Shown here piece after piece: positions 50,717 to 62,008 of a stretch of 64,000 nucleotides of DNA (its first letter is position 1; the number at the start of each line of letters is the position of its first letter). Source of the DNA: Octopus sinensis. Lineage: Eukaryota. Where the stretch lies: positions 39,742,001-39,806,000 of the forward strand of contig NC_043015.1 in NCBI RefSeq assembly GCF_006345805.1, written 5' to 3'. The notes beneath the pieces are model-generated. The model saw only the letters and a program-made list of their open reading frames with translations. It was not told the origin of the DNA and ran no database searches. The position numbers were made by a program, and so were the translations under genes.

Positions 50717-50888
50717 CATACCAAGAAAGGTAAATACTGTTTTGAACTGCAAATGCAGGACCGGCGTTCCTATTTATTGGCAGCTGAAAATGAAGCAGAG
50801 TTGGTCGACTGGATGACAGCATTCAAGGCAGTCATTAACGCTAATGAAACCAGTTCCCAAGCCTCAACAGAACGTTCTGGTATTGATG
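50717..50888 (+). CDS. DOCK9: Dock-D exon, PH domain C-half (HTKKGKYCFELQMQDRRSYLLAAENEAELVDWMTAFKAVINANETSSQASTERSGID)
   Basis: gttgcag / gtaaat, 172 nt, phase 0-1. FEL.MQD..SYLLAA..E.E..W is the PH terminal helix motif. Confidence 0.94.
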
Positions 50889-51523
50889 GTAAATTTCTTG
50901 CTTTTGAAGTTAGTGACTAAAATCGTTTCATGCAGTAGTTTTATTCTAACTTTAACTTCTTCATTTGTTCCTTTGATTGAGTGTAGTTTAGATATGTGGC
51001 TGCTATTTCTAGCAGGCTTTACAACTGCATAAAGATTTCTTCATTGGCTCATATATAGTGTGTGATGCTTACAGTTATGTATTCAGTGGGTGGTGGTCGT
51101 GTGTGCATGTATTTGTTTAAATTGGGACTAAATCAGTGACTGGCAAGAAACTGCCAAAAGAAAGAGCAGGTGGAATAAGTGGGGGAAGGTCCAGGTTGGA
51201 TTGATCAGATGTTTATGTTGAGGAATGTCTTCAAACAGCACCTCCTCAGTTAAAATGTCTTAAAAGACTTGAGGAAGGCCTTTGACTATGTTACATGCAG
51301 AGAAAACCCTCAAGAATACCTTGGGGTTGTATAGAACCCCAGATATCTCTTTAACTATTTTTCACAACCAGACATTTTCTAAATGATTTCCAGGAGGATT
51401 TGGTGTTTTGGTGAGGATGTATTCTCTTTCTCATCCACTTCTCAGTTTCTGTTGAATGGATCATATATAAAACCACATCAGACAAACCTCGGAACCCGTG
51501 AATGTGTTTCTCTCATTTGAAAC

Positions 51524-51966
51524 ATCATCATCATTGTTTAACGTCCATTTTCCTTGCTAGCATGGGTTGGACGGTTTGACCGGTGTCTGGGAAGCCAGGA
51601 TACTGCACCAGGCTCCAGTCTGATCTGGCAGTGTTTCTACAGCTGGATGCTCTTCCTAATGCCAACCACTCCATGAGTGTAGTGGGTGCTTTTTATGTGC
51701 CACCGGCACAGGTGCCAGGAGAGGCTGGCAGTGACCACGATCACTTGGTGCTTTTTACATGCCACCAGCATGGAAGCCAGTCAAGGCGGCGCTGGCGGCG
51801 GCCATATACGGATGGCGCTTTTTAGGTGCCACCAGCACAGGTGCCAGGGTAGGCTGGCATCGTCCACGATTGGTTGGTGCTTTTTACATGCCACCAGCAC
51901 AGAAGCCAGTCAAGGCAGTGCTGGCATTGGCCACATGCAGAAGGTGTGTTTTACGTGCCACCGGCT
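51524..51966 (-). mobile_element. RTE LINE 3' UTR copy with several internal repeat units
   Basis: Tail plus repeated TGCTTTTTA(C/T)(A/G)TGCCACC(A/G)GCAC units, as at 29300-29600. Confidence 0.85.
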
Positions 51967-51996
51967 CCTTAATAAAGGTAGATCCTCTGTTAAGGA

Positions 51997-52206
51997 TTTA
52001 CCCTTTAGTGTTGAGATTTATGCTTATTTATTCACATTGTTTTGAATTAATCATGTCTATCTATTGTAACTTTGGCATTTCATTGGTGATTATTTAGTCT
52101 TAGAATGACATAGGGTAGGTGTGAGAGTCTGGATCTGGATGGTTTGAGCATAAAACTGGTAGAATATTTGGGCTGGGTAGGGCTGGTTTAAATACTAATG
52201 GTTTAA
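51997..52206. mobile_element. Diverged piggyBac-type MITE, second family
   Basis: TTTACCCTTTAG...AAATACTAATGGTTTAA. Colinear with 5316-5552. Confidence 0.58.
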
Positions 52207-52339
52207 ACTTGGTATCAAGTCTGTTTTGCACACATTGACTCAAGATGAATGTTGAGAAATATTTCACAGTTGTTGTTATTGGTATAATAACCGAAGTCTA
52301 ATTAAAATATATTTACCATTTTCATTATTTTCATTCCAG

Positions 52340-52416
52340 AAGAATGTCCAACACCTACAAAGTCAGACAATCACAGATTAGGTCTTGAAAACAGTATGCA
52401 CCCTGAGCTTGTTAAG
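52340..52416 (+). CDS. DOCK9: Dock-D exon ((E)ECPTPTKSDNHRLGLENSMHPELVK)
   Basis: tcattccag / gtaaga, 77 nt, phase 1-0, completes the frame. The L..S.HPEL.K motif is typical of Dock-D proteins. Confidence 0.88.
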
Positions 52417-53154
52417 GTAAGAACTGGTCTTCAAATTTGTGTCTATTTTCTAGTTGAGTGTACACGATATATTATTAACAATTTTTCACTGAAGACTGGG
52501 TCTTTTGTTTAGGCCACAATGCTGATAGTAATCTATGTCGATAAGACCCTAATAAAATCCCTTTAGCTGGATTTTATTAGGGTCTTTAGTGCAAAAACAA
52601 AGTTTTGTCATTTTCTTGGTGTTATAATATGAACGATACATTGCAAGGGAGAGTGAGTGATGTGAGCCACCTCAGCAAACCAGGACATTATGTCACTTAA
52701 TCAGCTGAGAAGAGGCTGCTCTGAAAGGATATTAACCAGAATATGAACTTGGGGGTGGGGGGGAGGGGGAAATGTTCCAGAAGTTGTCAACTCGGTTAGC
52801 AACAGGGGGTTGTTTCTTTGAATAAAAGGGAGATAGTATGATATGATGCTTGAGTAGAAAATGTAACAATTTATGGTATTGACACAAGCCGGGGAGGAGA
52901 AAAATGTAGCAAACTGTACAAACCTTACCAGATCGGATTGCAGCCTGATGCAGCCTCTTGGCTTGCAGACATTAAACAATGATGATATCATCATCAACAT
53001 CATTTTACACTCACTTCCCATATTGGCATGGCTACAAATGCTGCAATAAAATTTATGAGTGTTCATCTTTTGTTGTTCTTGAATAGGGGTTTCCTGTATT
53101 GGTAATTATACCTGTCCTAAACAAAATGGCATTACTTTTTGACTCAACCTTGTG

Positions 53155-53195
<41 letters not shown>

Positions 53196-53342
53196 TTATA
53201 TAACAGGAACAGAAAACAACTCATAGTTGTGTGGTGGGAGCTTCAGTTTTGAGTAAATAAATGACATCTTCTACATTTATTGAGTACTTAATGTTCATAT
53301 TACTGCAACACACACACCACATATATATATATATATATATAT

Positions 53343-53729
53343 TGCTTACGAACTACATGGTTCCGGGTTCAGTCCCACTGCGGGGCACCTTGGGCAAGTG
53401 TCTTCTACTATAGCCTCGGGCCGACCAAAGCCTTGTGAGTGGATTTGGTAGACGGAAACTGAAAGAAGCCTGTCGTATATATGCATATGTATATATATAT
53501 GTGTGTGTGTGTATATGTTTGTGTGTCTGTGATTGTTCCCCCCCCCCGCCCAACATCGCTTGACAACCGATGCTGGTGTGTTTACGTCCCCGTAACTTAG
53601 TGGTTCGGCAAAAAGAGGCCGATAGAATAAGTACTAGGCTTACAAAGAATAAGTCCTGGGGTCGATGTGCTCGACTAAAGGCGGTGCTCCAGCATGGCCG
53701 CAGTCAAATGACTGAAACGAGTAAAAGAG
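53343..53729 (+). mobile_element. SINE family B, near full length
   Basis: GGTTCCGGGTTCAGTCCCACTGC..GGCACCTTGGGCAAG..tail. Confidence 0.87.
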
Positions 53730-53840
53730 CATATGTGGGTATGTATAGGTATTTATGTATGGATAAATGGTATAGCATTGTATGTATATATATACGACGT
53801 TGTTATTTACTCTGATTGGGTTTTCTCTCTTGTGTTGCAG

Positions 53841-53924
53841 TATTCCAGAGAAACTGATACATCACTGGCAAAAGCCCGGCAGGAAGAAAGACACAACCTG
53901 TTTGCTTTATATCCAGACATGACA
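53841..53924 (+). CDS. DOCK9: Dock-D exon (YSRETDTSLAKARQEERHNLFALYPDMT)
   Basis: tgttgcag / gtaagt, 84 nt, phase 0-0. Y..ET......R...R..LF.L.PD motif. Confidence 0.92.
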
Positions 53925-54119
53925 GTAAGTCTCTTTCCTCCTCCTCCATCTCCTCATTCCCTTGTCTTCTTCGTTTGTTATCCTCCTTTCATCCTACCCT
54001 CCTTTTTCCCTTCTCTCTTTGTGTGTCTGTCTGTCTCTCTCGTTAAAATTGATTGAAGTGAGACACACCCTCTGAAATTCTTAATAGTCATTATTATTAA
54101 TAATGATAATAACAGTAAC

Positions 54120-54501
54120 AACAAGAGCACTCAGAAAGCACCAACTGCCACCAAGACAACACCAACGTCCTCTCAACGATTAGCCAGAGATGGTTTTTAA
54201 AATGAGAATATCTGAAATAGACTCAACTGCTCTCACAAATGAGTGTACACAAAAATGAACCCAACTGCTCTCAAAAATTAAGTAGAAAAACAGGTAAAAT
54301 AATCCAGAATTCTTGTCTGGTACCCAGTCGATCCCAAAATCTAATCAGTTTGTGCCAGTCACGAGGCCAAACATTCCTGAAAGTTTCATCCAAATCCATC
54401 CAGCGGTTCTTGAGATATCTTGTCCACAGACAAACAAATAAACAAACAAACAAACACAACTGAAAACAATACCTCTGCCTTTGCTAAGGTGGAGCTAATA
54501 A
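54120..54501. mobile_element. Second copy of the Helentron-like element
   Basis: Colinear with 27922-28293, with the same termini. Confidence 0.5.
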
Positions 54502-54626
54502 TGACTTTGTCTACTGTAGGCACAAGACCTGAAATTTGTGGAGAGGGACTAAATCGCTTACATCATGGTTCTTATTTCATCAACCCCAAAAGGATGAACG
54601 GCAAAGTCGACCTCAGCAGGATTTGA

Positions 54627-54659
<33 letters not shown>

Positions 54660-54661
54660 CT

Positions 54662-54799
54662 GTTCAAACTGACAGAAAGATAGGCCAGACATCATATTGA
54701 AAGACTTCAGACAAAAAAACATGCCTACTCATTGATATGACTGTCCCAATCGATATAAACGTATCTGTCAAGACCTACCAGAAACTGAGCAAATATAAA
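54662..54799 (+). mobile_element. Relic of a restriction-like-endonuclease (R4/Dong/NeSL-type) non-LTR retrotransposon
   Basis: With two frameshifts it reads VQTDRKI..RPDIILKDFRQK.TCLLIDMTVPIDINVSVKTYQKLSKYK, the RPD..D..VP....K..KY RLE motif. It starts right after an (AAT)n tract. Confidence 0.75.
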
Positions 54800-54981
54800 A
54801 ACAAACATAATTGTTTTTTTTTTTTTTTAGACATTCACTATGAACCTTATCCTGTCAGAATTACTAGTCTTATACCTGAATTAAAAACAATTATTATTAT
54901 TATTATTGTTATTATTACAAAATTATAAAGTAAATATGAATATAAGAGTGTAATGACTTGACCATGACGTGGATTTCGCTT

Positions 54982-55096
54982 CAACACATGATCCCAGATC
55001 AATCCAACATGACTTCAGGTCAGTTCAGTGTGATCCCAGATCAACCAACGTGTTCCCAGATTAACTCAGCATGACCCCAGACCAACCCAAACCTGG
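54982..55096. repeat. Degenerate about 20-bp minisatellite (CATGATCCCAGATCAAYCCAA)
   Basis: About 5-6 units. Confidence 0.65.
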
Positions 55097-56165
55097 TCCT
55101 AAATCTTGTAGAAGCTATTCACCTCTCTGTTTGGAAGATGACTGTCTCTATCTTTCTGTTTTCTAACAATTTGTACTTTTCTCGTACTTTTCTTGAGGTC
55201 ATCTTGTAAAGTGAAGGTTTAAATATTTTTAGCAAGACATTCCAGCTGGCATAGTTACAAGTCTGACATAAAGAAAAAAATTCTCTCCCCCTCTCCCCCC
55301 CCATGCCCCCCCCCCCAAATAACCTCCAATTATCTAGCCACCACTCCACTTCTGTAATTGATAACAATCGAACCAGCTGCCAAATACATCAAATTATATT
55401 TTGGTCTCAGGCGTTATTACCTGTCTTTCAGATTCTTTACTGACATCATTTTCTGTCTCTTTCCTCCATCCCTCCCTCCTTCCCCCCCTCTCTTTCAGTC
55501 TGACTTTACATTCAGTTCTCCATTTATTGTATTTATTGATTAATAATTCATTGTAATCTCACATATATTTTAAATTATAAACTTCCATTTTGTTAAGAGT
55601 ACTTTAGCTCTGTTCGTTGCTCCGTCTGTCTATCTAAAAGCTAACGCTTCTTTCCTCCAAGCTTAGATTCGAGACCGAATCTAAGGACTCTCGCTCGTCC
55701 GAACCACCTCGACCAACAGGCGCATAAAAAGATTTTCTTTGTCCTGTCAAAAAAAAATGATATATCATCTCCCTTTGACCTACGACCTCAGCCATGTCAG
55801 GCGAAGTTCAAATGGACAGGAGCTGACCTATTTAGACATAATCTCTGCTGCAGTATGTCTGTCCTTCTAGCTGCCACGGCTGTTATAAATACCGCAGTCA
55901 GCAGAGGGATAGACAGAAAGGCCCTCTACACAGATAGAAAGGTTTGCAATTGACAGACAGGCAGGGAGCGAGAGAAAGGTTCAGACGAAGGGACAGGGCA
56001 GACTACTTTCTCAGATGAATGATGCACACACAGACACAAACATATTCAGTTCTAACACATCACATCGATAGATGTAGGGAGAGTTTGCGAAAAAAGCAAA
56101 AGACGAAGACAGGTGGTGTAGAAAACAAACAGATGTATTAGTATAACGCTCAGGAATAGAAAAAG

Positions 56166-56203
56166 TCATTTATGTTTCGAGCCTACGCTCTTCTACAGAA
56201 AGA
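56166..56203 (-). ncRNA. Hammerhead-like motif (CUGUAGA core) in a Penelope-like terminus at about 56075-56250
   Basis: Minus strand reads TCTTT-CTGTAGA-A-GAGC gtag GCTC-GAAAC-ATA-AATGA. Its flanks align with the 23855-24030 copy. Confidence 0.48.
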
Positions 56204-56267
56204 GACACAGAAAAAAAACAAGGAGAGAAAAAAATGTGTATAGTGGCTAACAATCTATCATGGTGAC

Positions 56268-56305
<38 letters not shown>

Positions 56306-56949
56306 ATATAAATTCCCGAGGGTGACTGTTCAGGAAGGATCAGAGAGAATGTGTTTAGTGTTGAGTCTGGGGGTAACATGTGGAGTGACATGTAGCAGGG
56401 TTGATAAGGAGACGTGCTGAGGAGCTAGGGGGTGGGGAAGAGGTATGTTGTTAGGCAATCAACCGGAGCACAAATTTAGTGGGTTTTAGTTTAGATAGAG
56501 AATTGAAGATTTGATGTGACTAAGGGCAAATAACTGTGAAACAGTCTCAGCAGAGAATTGAAACAGTATCTGTCTGTCTGCCTTTCTCTCTGTCTTAATT
56601 TGCTGGAATCAGTTTATCATTGGTTCTTTTGACTCCTTCCTTAATGTAGGATTTAAAAAAAAAATGGAATTTTTATTTTCAAACATTTAAAATTTTTTTT
56701 TTGTTTTGATAATAATGAAGCTTTGAAGTTTTAAAGTCAAGTATTGACTGCTTCCATCTTGGCTTCATAATATTGCATTTCAGCAAAGCAACTTCTTTGT
56801 TTTAACATACAAACACACTAATGCACTCTCATGCACACAGACATCCACCCTGACACACACAGATGCTCTCTCTTATACACACACACACACACCTCACTTA
56901 TTTTCACTTCCAAGTTAATAAATATTAAGTCTTCATTATAAATTAACTC

Positions 56950-57080
56950 TATTATTGTTACTATTGTTATTATTATTATTATTATCATTATTATTATTAT
57001 TCTCATTATTATCATTATTATCACTATTATTAGCGTTATTATCATTATTATCATTCTTCTTCTCCTTCTTCTTCTTCTTA

Positions 57081-57111
<31 letters not shown>

Positions 57112-57146
57112 CATTATTACTGTTATTGTTATTATTATTATTATTG
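56950..57146. repeat. Compound (ATT)/(ATC)/(TTC) microsatellite
   Basis: Directly visible. Confidence 0.92.
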
Positions 57147-58254
57147 GTTGCAGTAAACCAAAATTGGTTTTCTCCACCCAATCTGGTTAAACTTTATCAA
57201 ATCAATAATCCCATGCTAACACTTGATAATATAGTTTTAACTCCGAAATCTTTAATTCAATCTAAGTTTCGTTTTCTCTGTCGACAAACCAAAAATAATG
57301 CCTCCCCCCCCCCTTTTTCACCTAACTCCTTCTCTTAACAATATTTCAGAATATTTCTCTTTGAAATATCTACTTTTTAATACACGTTCTTTATTGCCAA
57401 GATAATTCCTACTTCTCAAAAACTGGAAAACACTTTTGTCATCTTTTTTTTGTTGTTGTTGTTGTTGGTTGTTTTTCCATCTCTTTCTTCCTTCTCCATC
57501 TGTTTAATTCACATTACCAACTTCGTTTGTTATTTCTCTTCTTAATTATTTCTCTCAATATTTTATTTTTTTTTAGGCTTTTTTTTTGTTTTGTATTATT
57601 TACTTTGTTCCTTCTTGATTTGCGCAGCAAAACAGCTGATCTTTAATTATATCACATGAGCAGTTTCAAAATTACAAGTTCTGTCCACAAACACACACAC
57701 ACACGTGCACGTTATATCTCTTTTCTCTCCCTTTCTCCTTCTCTCCCTTCTCACCCCCCCCCCCCCCAGCTTCTCTTATATTTCTCCATTCCAGTGAGAA
57801 TCTATTTTATTGATTTTTAAAACTGAAAATAATAATTTTCTGTATGGTTCTTCGCTGAAAGTCTGGGAAATATTTGCCAGTTAAATATATATCTTTGTGA
57901 TGATAGCTAATATAGTTTCTTTTCCTCACATTGGAGAGCAGCAGGGCTATTTGGTGGGGTGGCAATGAGGGTAGTGGTGGGTATTTGTTGTGGTGCCGGG
58001 GGGAGGGGCAGCAACACTGGGTATTCACTGAGGTATTGGTTTTGATGGTGGTGGTGGTGGTATGCTTCACTAGATGTGGTAGTAGTTCCCAAATTATGGG
58101 GTTTGTAATGTAATTCCGAGTGTCTCAAAGACAAAATCTTTTAGTTTTGAAGCATTTAATATGTAAAATGTTCACGACTGTGTTACACAGTTAAGCCATA
58201 AGAGGCATGAACACCACAACACAACATGTACAGTAAGCGAAATCTGAGGAATAG

Positions 58255-58460
58255 TTCATCCTCATCACCATCATTTAGCGTCTGTCATCCATGCTGGCAT
58301 GGGCTGGATGGTTTGACAAGGGGCTGGCAAGCCAGAGGACTGCACCAGGCCCCATTGTCTGTTTCGGCCTGGTTTCCACAGCTGGATGCCCTTCCTAACA
58401 CCAACCCCATTTTACAGAGTGTACTGGGTGCTTTAACATGGTACCAACAGGGTCACCAAG
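58255..58460 (-). mobile_element. RTE LINE 3' tail copy
   Basis: CAGCTGGATGCCCTTCCTAACACCAAC and (CAT)n end. Confidence 0.75.
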
Positions 58461-59544
58461 TAACTTGCGGGATGAAGACTTCTCTTCCCCCTTCCTCTCA
58501 TCTGCTTCCTCCTCTCCTTCCTCCCCCTCCCCCATCATATTATCTCCATTCCTTCTTCGATCCCTGCATCAACCCCTATACCAAGTCCTTCCTCCCCACC
58601 ATGTCACTCCTCCCACATTCACTCCCTGCACACATTTTCCTTCCCCTTCTCCTATTCAAAAGGTAACATGAATAACATCAATCTCACTGGAAGGGGGGGT
58701 GTATGTCCCTGTGCCACTGCCAGTATTTCTCCTAGGGTGGCTGCCAAAATCTGGAGTGTCTTCAATCATAGCTCTGACCTGGGTTAAACAATTACGCCCC
58801 CACAAAAACTCAATTTGTGTTTAAAAGAGAACGACAAAATTGAAACATTGGAAATAAATATGCAAGGAGCCATTGTATATCTCTAATTTAGAAGATGAAG
58901 ATGCAATAAAAATATTTGAAGCAGATAGTGTGTGTGTGTGTGTATGAGAGAGAGAAAGGCAGTGGAGGGGTGTAGAGATCCAGTAATTTAATCTTTTAAA
59001 ACAATGGTATAATAGATTTGGTATTTGTGTGTAGAATTTTGTCAAATCAGTGAAAGCCACACGCACGAACAGTGTGCTGTCTTTCAAGAGTAAGAACATT
59101 AACCGAGTTCAGAAGCGAACGGTTGGATGTGGTTTTTTTTTGGTTTTTTGCTTTTTTTTTGAAAACCATTTTTTGATTATTAACATTTCGTAAAAGTTCA
59201 ACTTTGTCTGCCACTAAACACCAATTCAGTTTTCAAAAGAACCTCCAGAGCTAGAATTGTCGACTTTGCAAAGGTCAGCTTGGTGACACTGATGAGATGC
59301 AGATGGCTGGGAAATAGTTTTTTTTAACACTTATTCTTGCGAGTCCACAACACTCAAGACAGTGTGGTTGGTTCTGAATGTCGGTGTTGTAGGAGGCAAG
59401 GCAGCCATGTCTCAAACCGTTTCATCATCCATGGTTTCTGTTGAAGGATGGAATATATTCTTGATGTAATTAACGATGAATAGCAATGGAAGGGCAAACC
59501 ATAGGATAAACATTGCAGTAACCAAAATAAGCAGGTACCCCATT

Positions 59545-59713
59545 CAGTTGTGGGGGTTTGTGAGTACTTTGTGCCATGAAAAAGGCACCTAGTAAATAAA
59601 GTGCCTCTGTAAAGTGGTTGGCTTTAGGAAGGGCATCCAGTCATAGAAACTATGCCGAAGTTGACACTGAAGGTTGGCACAGCATAGAAAAGGGGACATT
59701 AAATGATGATGAT
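59545..59713 (+). mobile_element. RTE LINE 3' tail copy (diverged)
   Basis: TTAGGAAGGGCATCCAG...GGACATTAAATGATGATGATG. Confidence 0.65.
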
Positions 59714-59920
59714 GGTTGTCCACCTCCGCCAAAGGGACACAACATAAGGTCAAAAATAAGGTCAAACTCTGCTACCTCTGTCACCAAGCTACCTATTGCC
59801 ATAGCTACCAACACCAACACCATTACTACTACTACTACTACTACTACTGCTTCTAGCAGTGCCTTATCACTGTTCCTGCTGTAAAGATTGCTAGAAAGGG
59901 AGAGGCTGGAGGGAGTTGGG

Positions 59921-59954
<34 letters not shown>

Positions 59955-60083
59955 AGAGGGAAGGAGATACCGTTGTAGTTAGTACCCTGTCTCAATACTA
60001 TGGTCATAGTACCACTGTTCTATAGCACATTATCGCTCTGCCGCACCCAACTTCCCTTGGCTAATGTCTTGTTTTCTTTCCAG

Positions 60084-60248
60084 AGATTCGGTTACGGTAA
60101 AGAAGAAGAAGAAGTCTACACCAGCAAGGATGTCATTGATGTCTTCCCCAAAGCTCTTGGACAACGATTCCTTTTAAGACTCCAAGAGTTTCAGCTGAAA
60201 TTGCAAGCTAATGTTTCAGACGATGACTGCATAGAGAATCATCAGAAT
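60084..60248 (+). CDS. DOCK9: Dock-D exon (RFGYGKEEEEVYTSKDVIDVFPKALGQRFLLRLQEFQLKLQANVSDDDCIENHQN)
   Basis: ttctttccag / gtaagg, 165 nt, phase 0-0. Resembles DOCK9 F.EKFGKRILV.C..L.F.LQ..V......TN, just before the VEPFF motif, whose exon is not in the window. Confidence 0.88.
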
Positions 60249-60279
60249 GTAAGGCTCTCTTTCTCTTCGTTGTTTCTCT

Positions 60280-60625
60280 ATCATCATCATCATCATCATC
60301 ATCACTGTCATAGTTGTCATCATCATCATCAGCATCATTCTCATCATCATCACCATCAGTATCATCTTCATCTCTGTTGGTGTCGTCTTCATCATCATCA
60401 TCGCCTTCATCACCATCATCTTCAGTATCATCATCATCATCAGCATTGTCTTCATCACTGTTGGCATCGTCCTCATCATCATCATCACCATCACCATCAT
60501 TTTCATCTCTATTGGTATTGTCTTCACAATCATCACCTTCATCATCTTCACCATCATCTTCATTATCAGCACACTCATCACTATTGTCTTCATCATCATC
60601 CTCAGCATCGTCTTCATCACCATCC
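60280..60625. repeat. Degenerate (CAT)n tract starting about 30 bp after the Dock exon donor
   Basis: Directly visible. Source of the poly-His/Ser/Met ORFs. Confidence 0.9.
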
Positions 60626-60892
60626 TGGCAGAGGATGATGCAGTTGTTTGAGTGACCAGCTCAATGCCTTGTGGTATTTCGTCTCCTGTCCCTTCATGTT
60701 CCTGGTCCAAATTTCATCTTTGCTTTCCCTCATACTGTTGATTGGGTGGAGGGTCATTAGCAGACAGGCCAATGTAGTCACATCCCCTCTGTCTCCCGGG
60801 GCCATGGATGGGAAGGACAAGAGGGTGTCAGTATCTACTCGTGACAATGTATGGACCCATACCAATTAGCCAAAGCATGGTTCATACTACCA

Positions 60893-61130
60893 AGTCATCA
60901 TCATCATCATTTAACGTCCGTTGTCCATACTGGCATGGGTTGGACAGTTTGACCAGGGCTGATAAGCTGGAAGGATGCACCAGCATCCAGTCTGATTTGG
61001 CATGGTTTTTACAGCTGAATGCTCTTCCTAATGCCAACCACTCCAAGAGTGTAATGGGTGCTTTTACATGCCACTGGCACAGGTGCTATTTGTGTGACAC
61101 CAGTATCCACCACAACTGTGATTTTGCTCA
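60893..61130 (-). mobile_element. RTE LINE 3' tail copy
   Basis: (CAT)n TTAACGTCCG...CTTCCTAATGCCAACCACTCC. Confidence 0.8.
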
Positions 61131-61405
61131 TAGTCGCTTGTAAAGGCTGGGTAGGCTTACATATATAAGTATGTATATAATTATACACAGCATTCATTAC
61201 ACCCCCTCCCCTTATTTTATATCTATATATCTATAATTAAAATGACGAGGGACTAAGAAATAATGTAACGAACTTGATGACATAATTTCTTACTTCTTTT
61301 GTTGTTTATTTAATCTCTTATCGCTGCTCTGTCCTTGACTAATTCTTTCTGAAGAATATGTACTGAGTTCTAACATCAGGTTATTATCATCACTACACCT
61401 AAGCA

Positions 61406-61462
<57 letters not shown>

Positions 61463-61599
61463 CATATATATATGTGTAAAAAATCAAAATAAACAACAGT
61501 TTGCATTCACCAAAAAGCTACATGTGACTAGGGTGTTAGGAAACACCTACATTGCTAGAAATAAGAGCTAAATCACTCTAATGCTGTGTGTGTGTATGC

Positions 61600-61647
<48 letters not shown>

Positions 61648-61923
61648 ATATTAGGGAATATTATTCCAAACTTACAGGGAAAAATTCAATTTAGTAATAC
61701 TTATTCAAATTTCACAAAATATAATATATATAATATATGTATAGGAATTAGAGAAGAACCAACCTTTTATCAATTCAACAATCAAATAACAATGATGTAA
61801 TTAAAATTATATACCATATAGAAAAAATTAGATATACAATTAATAAGTTTTTAAATATATTCCTTTCTAGATGTCATAGGAATATCCTTCAAAGATGAAT
61901 TCCATATACATACATACATACAT

Positions 61924-62008
<85 letters not shown>

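Noticed and set aside
60000-60710. 212-aa His-rich ORF and overlapping Ser/Met-rich ORFs
   Set aside because: Only 60084-60248 is a real exon. The rest is read-through into an intronic (CAT)n tract.
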